DNA of 64,000 bases from positions 3,155,060 to 3,219,059 of the forward strand of contig NW_003314269.1 in assembly GCF_000143415.4 (NCBI RefSeq), read 5' to 3'. The notes beneath the pieces were generated by a model that was not told where the DNA came from, did not search any database, and was given only the letters and a program-made list of their open reading frames with translations. Origin of the DNA: Selaginella moellendorffii. Taxonomy: Eukaryota; Plantae; Lycopodiophyta. The translations under genes and the position numbers were made by a program. Shown one piece after another: positions 1 through 12,402 of the stretch (position 1 is the first letter of the stretch; each line of letters starts with the position of its first letter).

Positions 1-116
1 CCGAGGGAGAAGAAGAAGAAGAAGAGCAAGACAGCGATGGCGATGATCCGGCAGGAGCTCTTGGTGCCATGGCGATGCTGGAAATTGCCGTCCTCGATAG
101 AAAAACGATCGATCAT
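1..116 (-). CDS. 5' end of a probable membrane-anchored protein gene, truncated by the window edge
   Basis: ATG at 116 reads MIDRFSIEDGNFQHRHGTKSSCRIIAIAVLLFFFFFSL(G): a short N-terminus followed by a hydrophobic signal-anchor stretch; divergent from the next gene. Confidence 0.4.
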   Translation of the reverse strand, partial: MIDRFSIEDGNFQHRHGTKSSCRIIAIAVLLFFFFFSL

Positions 117-270
117 TGGGAGGGGGGACAGAGTGACGAAGATGAAGAACACCAGCCGAGGAAACAACCTAGGAAGGCCACCAGTTTTTCCACACATTAT
201 ATTCCCGTAGCTTGAAATTCCCGCCAGCGTGTACGATCGAATTTATCAGCATATTCCCTCCTTACCAAAG

Positions 271-303
271 GACACGTGTTGTGCAATGCTGGGAACACGT
301 GTC
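271..303. promoter_or_regulatory. Pair of G-box/ABRE motifs in a short divergent promoter
   Basis: GACACGTGTT (CACGTG 273-278) and AACACGTGTC (296-301), 60-90 nt upstream of the ATG at 360. Confidence 0.5.
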
Positions 304-359
304 GCTGTGGGCATGGACGAGTTCTTCAGTGACCCAGGAGGAGCTAGGGTTTCGTGAGA

Positions 360-1305
360 ATGCTCGCGATCTTCGGGAAATCGGTGGCGCAAGCGCCTGA
401 GCAGCTCAGCGCAGCTTGCGGTGACCATGGCGATGGAGGAAATGAGGGAGGATCGCCCGATCTGGTGAGCTCCTTCCGAGAATCCTATCCCGAAGCGGTC
501 GTGTTTCAAGCCGGCGAAGCGGCGATCGCCTACAGCCATGAGCGCCAGGCCTTGCTCAAGCCGAGGTAGGCAAGTTTTTCTCCCAGGAAAGTTCTTGCAA
601 GGGATTGGATTGGATGAGATGGAATATTGACCAACGATGAACACCAGGACTTTTGCTGTGGCGGACGATATCTTCTGCGTGTTTGAAGGCATCCTAGAGA
701 ATCTCACGTCGCTCAAGCAGCAGTATGGCCTCTCGAAGGTGGCCAACGAGGTGCTCATTGTCATCGAAGCGTACAGGAATTTGAGAGACCGGGCACCATA
801 CCCGACTGACCATATGATCCGCGAGTGGAAGGGCCACTTTGCCTTCGTCCTCTTTGACAACACAACACAACGCGTACTCGTCAGTGCTGTGAGTGGCCAA
901 GAATTTTCTTCGTGATGGAGGACTTTCTGTCGCTCTCGTTCTACGCTTTTACTTTCCTCTTTTCAGGATTGTCAAGGAAAAGTCTCGCTCTTTTGGGGGG
1001 TCACGTCGGAAGGCTCGCTGGTTTTCTCGGACGACTTTGACGTTCTCAAGAATGGGTGCTTCAAATCTTCGTCTCCATTTCCACCTGGTAAGGAGGACTT
1101 TAGCTTGCGATAGAATATAATTTCTATTGATTGGTTGTGCACAGGATGCTTCTTCTCGAGCGAGCAGGGGCTCCAGAGCTTCGATCACCCGCTGAACGAA
1201 GTGAAAGCCTCGCCCAGGGGAAAAGGCAAAGACGGAGTAAAGTTTGAGGTGGATCGGCCAGAGCAACCTGTGGGCGATGGACCAGGTTGGGCGTCTGCGT
1301 TCTAA
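360..1305 (+). CDS. Stem-specific protein TSJT1 / Wali7-like aluminium-induced protein (DUF3700, Ntn-hydrolase-like fold)
   Basis: Exons 360-565, 648-888, 967-1087, 1145-1305 with GT-AG introns; MLAIFGKSVAQAPEQL, QQYGLSK, VIEAYRNLRDRAPYP, GHFAFVLFD, LFWG, PFPPGCFFSS, LQSFDHP are family hallmarks. Confidence 0.92.
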
Positions 1306-2997
1306 ATGGAGAGGAAGAAATTTGCGAAAGACACGGTACCTCCCCTTGCCTCGTGCATCTGCGAATTATTTGACTTCACTGCCTCTTGCTACTGAGTTTA
1401 GTCATTGAATAAATTGACTAGGCGCCAAGAGAACACAAGAAGATATAAGATGATTTCCCATGCTTTGAAATTTTCGGTTTACAGCCAGTCATAACCAAAA
1501 CCGGATGCTAGCGATGGGGTGGGATAGGTGTTGGTAAGGGATCTGGCCATGCTTTTTCATTCCTCTCTTTGCTTGGACCTCGAGTCTGAATTTCCCAGGT
1601 GCTCCACCTCAGGTACCCTGCTCAGGGTGTAAATAAGAAAAAGTTTTGTATTCAAATCAAATTATAACTCAAATCAGTTCTGTGAATTCCAATTTGCTCC
1701 AATGGAAATTTCAATTTTTAACATAATTCCCTCAACTAAAGGTCCATTGTATGTTATACTACTATGACTTTGCATATGGGATCCACACCTGTACTTTCTT
1801 TTGAGCACCTTTCACATGGTTTTTATAGGTTGAAGCCTTCATAAATTCTTGTCCGGCACTTTTTATTTCTCACACATGATCGAATCAGATGATGGTTGAA
1901 GTAAGCTCGTGATTTGTACTTTTATTTGTCGCTGAGTGCATATTAATTTGGCAGCAATAAGTCCTTTTCCTGCATGATTTGGGGTGCCCAGGTGCTCAAG
2001 GACCAAGAGGGCTGAACATCCATACTCATACAAGTGATACTGGAGTACTTTCAACAAGTGCTCTAGTTGTGCCTTGGAAAACTTCTTCTGGTATTCTAGT
2101 CTTGCTGTGGTAATCCTCTATCTCTAGTTGAAGAAAATGTTGTAGATGACAACTCACAAGGTATTCCCAATGTTGTGGTATATGGTTATGCAGGATAATA
2201 GTGACACTTGGGTGCTAGTGTGCTCACTCCAGAAAATTAAGCCCCAAAGCTTCAATGCCACCAATTGGTCAAAGGTATAGTTAGTGCTAATTTCAGTCTG
2301 CCTATGTTGTGCCAATGGTAAACATGGCTTGGACATATGCTAAACCACCTCTAGCCTGAACAATATATAAGCTTCACAACATACACTATGCAAAGCAATA
2401 TATCAAAGGTTACACTTTCCAAATTTAGTTTGATGGATGATTGGCTATTTTTTGTAATTTTTGATAATGATTATACATCTCTTTTGATTAGGTGATTGAT
2501 GATTTCTAGTGGTTAATTGTTTTTTTTTTCTTTTATAACTTTTGGCTTTTTGCATTACCATATGTTATTTTGGATTAGTTTTTCATTTTGCTTATTAATC
2601 GATGATACTTTGTGTTTTTTGTGCTGTTTTTTATAAGTTGTTTGGCATGCTATCTACAATATTTGGTATCATTAAGTTTTTCTTATGATATACTTGCTAT
2701 TAAATTTTGTTGGATAGTTAATCCTATGTTTTCAAACTATAATGATCTTTCTGTTTTATCAATTGATAATTTACTTGAAATACTTTTGTATTCTAATTTA
2801 AGATTTACTCACTGATAATTTTGTCTAAGATATCTTTGTGATATTATCCATCATATTGCTCTTGAGTTTTGACTAGTATAAGCAAATTGTTTTTGATATT
2901 TCATGTGCATGGTGAAATCTCTAGCCATGGGATGACTAATTATCTTAATGTAGGGAACAACAATCAATTGACATAGAGCCGGTGCACAAATAGTAAG

Positions 2998-4425
2998 TGT
3001 AGCACATGTGGTTTTCACCTTTTATCCTATGGTGATTTACCATAGGATAACCACCAAGGGAACTTAAACCACCATATACCATGTGCTATATGCTATGTGT
3101 TTAAGGATAGTGGAGTAAAACTTGAGTTTTAGGGCTTTGGGCCACTGAATGAAAGTATAGAGCTAAACTCCCAAGCTTGTAACCAAAGAACAAAGGAATT
3201 AAAGCATAGAGCAACTTTTGAGCATTTAGCCCAAAGAATGAAGGGACAAAAGCACAAAGCAATGTAGGAATAGTCTTAGAGCATCTAACATCCTAATGCC
3301 AAGACCAACAAATAAAATGAAGCCAAAAAAATATAAAGAACTAACTCTTTGAGGTGGCGTAAGTTAAAGAATGCCTAAAACCACGACCAAAATGATAAAG
3401 AGTTCATCGGATGAAACCAAGTTCGAGATCGACTCCGAAATCAAGATTGAGACCGAATTCGAGACCAAGTTTGAGATTGAGCCTGAGGTCCAAAGACCGA
3501 GCTTGAAGTCGGGTCCGAGATCGAGTTCGAGACCAAGTCTAAGGTCGAGTCTGAGATCCAATCCAAGATCAAGTCTGAGATCCAATCCAAAATCAAGTTT
3601 AAGATCGAGTTGGAGACCGAGTCTAAATATTAATACAGATCATGGGGTGAAAGCACAAAGTGTGTCTCCCGGGGGGGGAGAGGGGGGGGCTGCAGGGGTT
3701 TCTAAAAGTATTGTAGGAATAATGAGGTTTAGGAATTAATCTTGAAGGAATTCTTCAATAGTGCTTCCAAATTAACTTAAAGTTGACACTGGGGTTTAAG
3801 GGCTTTAGGTAGGAGTGAGCATGGAGTTAGATGGTGTGAGGGAGGTCACTTGAGGAAATGCTTAAGAGCAGCTCCCACTCTCGGAAGGGAAACTGACTAT
3901 GGTGCTCCCAACTCATGTGAAGTGGTGCCCCACTTGAGTATTATGTAGCTCATTGGTCTTTGCTCATTCCTAAGGGCTTAGGCCTTTCCTTTGAGATGGA
4001 AGTGGGGGAGTAGGGGTACCCACACTGAGTCATTAAGCCATGATGTTTCCCTTTGAGATCTTGAAGTAAATAATGCACCTAAGGCTTGTGAATTAAAGGG
4101 TCCCATAATCAAGTCTTATAGTACCAAGTGATTTTAGAAACTTAGAAACTTGATGTGTTTAGCTATTTGTGTTTGTAAGGAGTGTAGCCGAACCTTAAAT
4201 CTAATCTAACCAGGAGAAGGGGATTGGGAGAGAATTTTGGAATTCGTGGATGGATGGGTAACACCCCGTTGCTCGTGCAATGAGTAGTTGAAATTAAGTA
4301 GGACTAAGTAGGAGCTAGTATCATAAGTAGGAACTTTGGCAAGGGAATTTAACTAAAGCCAAGGTAGTAGTGGTCGGATGGACAAGGTAAGCTAGCAAAT
4401 TAGAAGGGAAAAATTATAGCTTACA
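2998..4425 (+). repeat. Family A 5' LTR (about 1.43 kb) with a decayed hexamer repeat block
   Basis: Starts TGTAGC, ends TTACA; homologous to 20170-21208, 38316-38660, 39613-40447, 42295-43159. Confidence 0.85.
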
Positions 4426-4428
4426 ATT

Positions 4429-4440
4429 TGGTATCAAAGC
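4429..4440 (+). promoter_or_regulatory. Primer-binding site (tRNA-iMet)
   Basis: TGGTATCAAAGC 3 nt after the LTR end; consensus TGGTATCAGAGC. Confidence 0.85.
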
Positions 4441-4484
4441 CTTTTCCTTAGTTTTAACAAAGGATAGAGGTAGATTATTAGGAG

Positions 4485-7400
4485 ATGGCTAAAGCAGAGC
4501 ATAAGAGAACCAAGGCGAAGATGGAACCTTCTCTAGAGCTGGAGCCTCAAGTCAAACAAGAAGCTATGGATGAGGAATCCTTGCATGAGGACTTTAGTGA
4601 GGAAACTTTCAAATAGGAGTCCAGTGGTGAGGTTTGGTCCTTCAAGACTTCATTAGATATTTTAGAAGGACAATTAGTATAGACTAATGCCCTATTGGAG
4701 ATTCTCATACACAAGCTAAAGCATGACAAAAAGCAGAAGAAAAATTGCAAATGTTGGCAATGCAAAAGGAGGGGACTGAGGCGGAACTGAACAAAGTTGA
4801 ACAAACCAAAGTGGAATCAATCCCTTAAGCAATTCCCAAGTACAAACCAAAACCCCCACCGGTCTTCAAGGGAGTGAATGATTATAAAGTGGTGGAGGAT
4901 TGGTTTTATGATATAAAGGATTACTTCCGAGCGTTGCATTTATTGAGCTTGGAGAAGGTCCGAAGTGCAAAACCATACTTGACAGATAATGCTAAATCTT
5001 GGTGGAGAATAATAGAGGTCAATGAAGAACTGATGGCCACTTGGGAAATGATAAAGGTAAGGATCTGTGCAACTTACATTCTTTCAAATGTTACTCTGCA
5101 CCTAAGGGATAAGCTGAATAAGCTGAAGCAAACAAGAACCATTCAAGAGTATGTGAATGCATTTATGGCAAAGAGGATACTTGTCACGGACATCGGTGAC
5201 ATGGATGCATTCCATGCCTTTATATAAGACTTGCAGACTTGGGTTCGAGACGAGGTGATGCATTGGAACCCAACCAACTACAAGGAAACATTAGATACAG
5301 CTATTAAGGTGCATTTTAATGATAACTTGTGAAAGGGGAATATAATGGGGTTAGGGTCTATATTTAGAAAATGAGCCAAACCAAGAGGGACATATAGCAA
5401 AGGAAATTCAAAAAGAGTTTCTCTAAGAATGAGTCCTCAAAGTTTTGGAAAGGTAAATTTGGTGGCCAATGAGCAAGTACAAATAGGAGTCAAGCGAAAG
5501 GGGATAAACCCACGAATAAAAAGGTTAACTCGGCTAGTAGTGTGGGAAACAACATATGTTTCAATTACTATGAAGCAGGACACTTTTCGAAAGAATGCTC
5601 CTACTCGAAGAAGGCCAAAGTTAATATAGCCATTAAGTTAGGTGAAATCCAAAGTGAGGTATATGATCCAATCCTTAGCTCAAAGTTACTCATTACATAA
5701 GAAATTTTGGTGGAGAGTCATTTGCGACATCTACTAACCCTCTCAGAGAAGCTTAGAGGTAGCTTTATTAAGATCCTTATTAATACGGGTGCCTTGAATA
5801 ATTTTATAGCTGCAGACATAATCCAGCAAGTTGGACTAATAGTGTAGCAGTTGGGTGAATCGAGGACTATAAAGTTTGTTTAAGGTGAGGTATTTTGACA
5901 AGTAAGAGTTGAAATAGGGACATGGAAAGTAAACATGGATTTCACTGTGTTTAACATAATAAGATTTGAGATGGATTGGTTCAATTGGTTTGTGGTAACC
6001 TTGTATGGAAAAGGTAGGAACTTTGTGGTACTGGCAAATGCCTGAGGAGAATAATCCAGAGTGGAGGCCTAGGATTTAAAGGTAAGGCAATATAAGGCTA
6101 AAGACTCCTGCTTGAACTTGGTGTCCATGAGAAGATAACTCATTAAAGGAACCAATACAACATTTTTGTGTGTTTACTCTCAGTCAGGAGTGACAAAAAA
6201 CAAGAATAGAAAAAGTACCTTTAGTGATATAGTAGATGTTAAACCAATTTCAAGATACCATGTTAGAAGAGTTACCGGTGGGGTTACCCCCCACATGACT
6301 GATAAAACATAAGATCAAGCTAGTCGAGAGTGCTAAGGTGATGGTTTGTCCCCTCTATCGGTTGAACGAAAAGAAACTTAAGGAGCTCAAACACCAATTT
6401 AAAGAGTTGGTGAATAAAGAGTATGTTAGGTTGAGCAAGTCATTATATGGGGCGTTAGTGTTATTTGTGAAAAAGAAAGATGGATCTGTGCACATATGCA
6501 TAGACTATTAGTTGCTCAACAAGTATACAAAGAAGAACAAAAACCCTTTACCAAGGATTGAGGACTTGTTTGATAAGTTGGGAAAGGTGAAATACTTATC
6601 AAGGATTGACTTAAGGTCAAGATACTACCAAATCATGGTAGCAGAGGAAGATGTCGAGAGACAACCTATCAGACAAGGTATAGAAGCTTTGAGTTTCTGG
6701 TGATGCCCTTTTGAATGTCTAATGCACCAGCAAAATTTTTGGCACTGATGAACCATATTATTGTACCATATCTGGATCATCGTGGTCATCTATATTAACG
6801 ACATCCTGATCTATAGCGAGACATTACAGGAGTATGTTGAACACTTGAAACACAAGTTATATGTTAAAGAGAGTAAATATGACTTTGTTCAATAAGAGGT
6901 AAAGTTTCTAAGGCATATGGTGGGCAAGGATGAGCTCAAGATAAATCTTGAGAAAGTTTAAGTGATTCAGGAATGGGAATGACCATTGAATATACACTTG
7001 TTAAAGGCATTCTTAGGGCTATGCAACTACTATCGAAAGTTTATCAAACAATATTCAAGAGTAACTTTACCTTTAATGGACCAAACGAAAAAAAGGAAGA
7101 TAGTATAGATAGTGGAATGTTAGGCGGCATTTGTCCATTCAAAGGGAAGTTGAGGAAGACTCCTGTGTTGGCATTACTAGGATTTAGTAATAACTTTGAG
7201 GTAGAAACAGATGCTTCAGACTTTGTGTTGAGCACAATTTTGAAGCAAAATAACTATCAAGTGGTGTTCTTTTCGAAGAAGTTGAACAAAGCTTAGCAAA
7301 AATGGCTTGCCCATGAGAAGGAATTATTTATGGTGGTCAAGGCACTCAAGGAGTGGTGACTCTACCTTGGGAAGCACTTCAAAGTTTACATAGATAATGT

Positions 7401-7764
7401 GGTAATGAAACACTTTTTGTCTCAACTTGAATTATGAGGAAAACAAGGTTAGTGGGCCAATGCTTTGGTTGAGTTAGATTGTGAGATTTTGTATAAACCT
7501 AGGAAGAGCAACATCATGGCAAATGCTTTAAGTCGAAAAGCAAGCTTGAAATTAGCAATGTCTAGTGCGACAATAATCTTTTGGGATGATGTATAGATAG
7601 TGTATTAGAAGGATGGTCTAGCATAAGAAGTGTTGCTAAGGAACCAAAAGGTGCGGGATGCTCATTAGAGAGGTGAGTTGTTGACTAAAGAAAAAACAGG
7701 TTATGCAAAACACAATAGACTCATCTATTATAAACAAATGAGGGTGTATGTTTCACAAGGGGAA
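4485..7764 (+). pseudogene. Family A gag-protease-RT-RNaseH, with many stops and frameshifts
   Basis: Gag-like YLTDNAKSWW and LNKLKQTRTIQEY; RT PLPRIEDLFDKL..SRIDLRSRYYQI and VVIYINDILIYS; RNaseH FEVETDASDF..VVFFSKKLN. Confidence 0.9.
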
Positions 7765-8225
7765 TGTAAGCGATTAAATTTTCCATTCTACTTTAGTCGC
7801 TTAACCGCACCTCCGACTAGTTGGAGGAGTCTCAATCATAACCCCCATAAGTCCTTCTCAGGACTTGGGGCTTGCTAGCCCCGAGAATGGCATCCATGCC
7901 ACTCAACCTTTGCACTTGGTCTAAGTGCTCCATGTGTTCGGTCCCATGACCGACACCCCAAGGCACCACCAACATACCAGCCCGTTATGCTAGGCCATGC
8001 CCAATCACCTTGGTCACATCGGTGGTCCAACACCACCTGCATTGCAATCCCGTCTTTCCAAGACTGGGCCATCCGTCCATGAGTGGTCATCCTAGATCCA
8101 CTCCTTAGCATCCTTAGGATGCCCACAAACATGGGGAATAGCCTACCCCAATATCTCCTTTCTGGTCCCCACTAAGTCCCTCTCTGTCCTTGGCCGTGTT
8201 CGCCAACACTGCCACTGGATCAAGG

Positions 8226-8726
8226 TGTGAGACACAAAATCCCTAGGCCCCAAAGTGGAGCCGGAAAGGGTGCCACGTGGTAGTGGCTGAAGCGAGAGCC
8301 AAACGAGCGTAACACGTTTGGACCAAAAGCTCCGACTTGAAAAGTCAAGAGCGGGAGTGGAACTCCCAACGAAGTGCTCGAGGAACGAGCACGAAGCGAG
8401 CAAAAAGCGAGGCTCCAAAAAGGGACCCAAAAGGACCAACACATGACACGTGGAAGTGTCCGAGATGGACTCGAGTTGGAGTCCGAAGTGGAGTCCGAGA
8501 TGGACTCGAGTTGGAGTCCGAAGTGGAGTCCGAGATGGACCCGAGTTGGAGTCCGAAATGGAGTCCGAGATGGACCCGAGATGGAGTCCGAGATGGAGTC
8601 CGAGATGGACCCGAGATGGAGTCCGAGATGGACCCGAAATGGAGTCCGAGATGGACCCGAGATGGAGTCCGAGATGGAGTCCGAGATGGAGTCCGAGATG
8701 GAGTCCGAAGTCGAGACCAAGACCGG

Positions 8727-8758
<32 letters not shown>

Positions 8759-9898
8759 TCGGGACCGAGACCGAGACCGAGGCCGAGGCCGAGACCGAGC
8801 CCGAGCCCGAGCCCGAGTCCGAGTCCGAGTCCGAGTCCGAGTCCGAGTCCGAGTCCGAGTCCGAGTCCGAGTCCGAGTCCGAGTCCGAGTCCGGAGCCTG
8901 AGAGGGTGAAAGCCCAAAGCGTTCGTCTCCCAGACCCTGGGGGGTTTGGTGAGCTCCAAAAGTATAGTAGGGGGAGGACTGCAGTGGAGCCAGTTTGGCC
9001 AGGAAAGGCCAGTTTGGCCCAGGAAGGCCGGACCCAGTGTTGGGTGATGAGCTGCCCACTGGGAAGTCCAAGACTAGAGTGAACACGGACCGACAAACGG
9101 GGTAGCTTGGTGAAGTGTTCAAGAGCCGGCTCTAGTTCCCCCGGGAGATCGACGGGCCGATGCTCCCAGTCCAAGTGTGGGTGGCACTACCTACTTGGAT
9201 ACCTGGTGTGGCTCAACGGAACCCGCTCTAAGCCCATGGCTAGAGCACCCAAGGGCAGAAGGCGAGGAGAGTACCCAGGTGGCTCGCGTAAGGCCACGGT
9301 GTTCCGAAATGTTGTCCCAAAGGCCCAGACTGTGGAAAGGAAGAGGATCAGTCCTCTGGGGTAGTGACCAAGGACACAGTCGGGTGGTGAGGAAGTCCCA
9401 AAGGACTGTGGGACTTAGTGGTCGGGCCTGTGGGTCTCGATCCAGTGGCAGTGTTGGCAAACACGGCCAGGGGCAGAAAGGGACTTAGTGGGGACTGACA
9501 GAGGGATATTGGGGAAGGCTATTCCCCTTGTCGGTGGGCATCCTAAGGATGCTAAGGAGTGGATCCGAGATGACCACTCACGGATGGTTTGCCTAGTCTT
9601 GGAGAGCCAAGACTGTGATGCAAGTGGTATTGGACTACCAGTGTTGCAAAAAGGTGATTGGGCATGGCCTTAGCGTAACGGGCTGCTATGTCGGTGGTAC
9701 CTTTGAGTGTCGGTCATGGGATCGGACACGTGGAGCACTTGGACCAAGTGCAAATGTTGAGTGGCATGGATGCCATTCTCGGGGCTAGCAAGTCCCAAGT
9801 CCTGGATTGGACTTATGGAGGTTGTGAATGAGACTCCTCCAAGTGGTCAGAGGTGTGGTTAAGTGACTAAAGTAGAATGGAAAATTTAGTCGCTTACA
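8226..9898 (+). repeat. LARD 5' LTR (1673 bp)
   Basis: TGTGAG...TTACA; near-identical to 14050-15686. Confidence 0.95.
8461..8892 (+). repeat. Minisatellite/hexamer array in LTR: (GAGATGGAGTCC)n, (GAGACC)n, (GAGCCC)n, (GAGTCC)n
   Basis: Directly visible; repeated at about 14284-14680 and, antisense and more decayed, at about 16222-16780 and 18795-19030. Confidence 0.95.
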
Positions 9899-12402
9899 AT
9901 TTGGTATCGGAGCTGTTCCTTAGTCCGACTTTTATTGGTGCTCAAGTATATCACCACTAGTGTTGGCATCGGAAGGTCCGAGAAGTGGGCTTATCCTTGA
10001 GGAGTAGCAAGTCGGGAAGACATGGCTCTCCATTACAGTTCATGTGTGAACTTGTAGACGAGGTGGTGGATAAAAAAGGGCCAATAATGGAACGACTTTG
10101 GGATCTTGGGAACAGTATATGGTTTTCCTCAAAGAGTTGAGGATGTGATCCAGATGAGCGTTTGACTTAGCAAACTGGCTAATGTAGTTGTGGTAAACAA
10201 CTACAGTTGGGATCACGGGAAAGATAAAGACTCCAAAGCAATAAAGGAGTCACAAGATTTTCCTCATATAGTTGAGGTTGGTCCTCATGAATGTGAGACC
10301 AGAAGTAATGACCGTGGGAGGTCAAATACGGAAGAGGACTCAAGTCCTTGAAATGGTAGCCGGGGCTACCTTTAATAAATGCTGGAACAACCCAAGGAGT
10401 TGGGGGGTGTACTTAGAGATGAGTGGTATTCTCATCGCATGGACAAGTAGTCCTAAGGGGCAAAAGTTGCCTCCAGAGAACAAAATCAAGTGTCGGAGTA
10501 ACACTTGTGAAAATAGTCCTTTTGAGTAGGACAGGAATGCAAGAAGTGTATTCCAGTGAGCTAGTGCCTCACAAGTAGGACCTTACGGGTATGTGGATTA
10601 ACCAAGTCCAAAACTGCTGGATGACTCAAGTAAAGTCAACGGATGGTCCTAAAAGGACTAATGGAAGCATTTGGACTGTGGTGTGTTGTACCCCACAAAG
10701 GATGGGGGGGGGATCATAGGATCCAAGGATGAGAACAGAGGGTATCTCATCGATGGCAAAATGTGCCATGCTAAAGTTATGGGAAAGGTGTTCCCAGAAG
10801 AAAACAACTTTGACATAAAGTTGTGTGTGACCTCTATGGTGCAGTGCTAACGGATGGTTGGCATGAGAAAGAGCGGTGTTGGTCTTGGCAAAGACTTAGA
10901 CACGAAGGGGAAATGTCATAGAGGTAGGCTCGTGGAGCCGATGGGGTGGAGACACCAAATGTGCCAAGGTGTGATACCTTGAGGCTATGTTGGTGGGTTC
11001 ATGAGAACCCCTTGCCAAAGGAATCCCAATGGAAATGGGAATAGCATAGCCTAAGTTGCAGAGCATGCAGTTGGAGTGTGGTGACCCAGATAATGATGGA
11101 GGTGTGAAAGCACCAAGCAATGAGTTGTAGGACTTGACAACTATGAGGCAACTAAGCAAGAGGTGCAAAATAACTAGTTACACGGGTAGAAGGTAGCTAC
11201 CCAAGACTTCTTAATAACATAAGGAAGTTGGATATACCCTTACGGGGGATAAGTTGCTTGTGTTGCGATATAGTAAGTCAATGTCATAAAAGGAAATACT
11301 CATTGTCAAAAAAAAAAAAAAAAAAAAAAAAGCCATCATTGGGACACCCGAACACTCTAGAACACCAGAAGGTGGTGTTTGATGTCGCGAGGGCAATGGA
11401 TAAAGCCCAAGGGACTAAGTCCCTAGCGAATGATGGATAGAAGGTGCTATCCAAATGTCCAAGGTTACGGAGACAGGAGAGGACTGTCTACCCGAGTTGG
11501 ACAAAGCCAAAAATGGAATTTTGGCAAGGCTAGTGATGGGCATGCAAAGGCCCATAAGCAACAATGTAATCCCAGTGTGTGGGATTATAAGGTGAGCATA
11601 CCCGGATTGAGGAACCACTCCCTAGGCTATTGGGTAGGTTCATCCCTAAGAATACTTGCTAAAGCATGATAAAAAGTGCAAAGCTATCCTCCTGGTCTAG
11701 AGGAGAATGACCAAAGGAAAGGTGTGAAGCCAAAAAGCAAGAAGTAAGGGGATAGAACCGAACCGTAGGAATCAAAGGGCATAACCAAGGTTGGTTATGC
11801 CAGCTGGGAGTGGAGAATCAAGTGGGGGCTCGAGGGTGTTGCCGCTAGCAATCGTGATGCTATGGAGAGTCTAAAATATGGAATTGTCCATGCTAGACTA
11901 TGTGGCATTTGGAAGGCTTGCAAAAAGGGAGGCCTTAGCAAGCTGAGGGACAGAGTTCCTTCAAGGTTCCCAAAGATGATTCTAGGTAGCTTAGTACCTA
12001 GAAAGGCTAAGTGTAAATGGTTCATGGAATGCGCGAAATCAGAGTGGCGCAGCAGAAGCGTGGTCTTGAAGCTTGCCATGAGGCAAGGCTATCAAGGTTA
12101 GGGAAGTAGTTCCCGAGTGTTCAAAGAGAGGGCTTTGAACGAAAGTCGATGGTCAAGGACTTTCACGCTTATGCAGGAACCATGTTACAGTGGTCGGAGG
12201 ACTTGCCAAGCGAGATTGGCACGTCGGGGGAACAAATACCCTAGTTGAAGGTGATAACTTCAAAAAGGGTGGGCCATGGGGCCGAGCATGGAGGAGTCCA
12301 TGCATGATCACAAACATGTCAAGTGAGAGGACTTGGCAGTGTGGAGGAACTAGGTTCCTAAACTGTGATCTGTAGCGCGCTTTAAAAATAGGTTGGTGCA
12401 CC

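Noticed and set aside
9040-9085. Hammerhead ribozyme (retrozyme) in the LARD LTR, suggested by TGATGAG
   Set aside because: Core reads GTGATGA rather than CTGANGA, with no properly placed GAAA or three-stem junction
8143-9174. Long ORFs in all six frames encoding GL, DS, RV, SP and ES dipeptide runs (also 13949-14962, 16025-17140, 3364-3739, 20247-20498)
   Set aside because: By-products of stop-free hexamer arrays in LTRs; no domain, and the frames are not conserved in older copies
11308-11331. A24 run as a LINE/SINE tail
   Set aside because: No TSD or upstream retroposon body; more likely homopolymer expansion in a purine-rich interior
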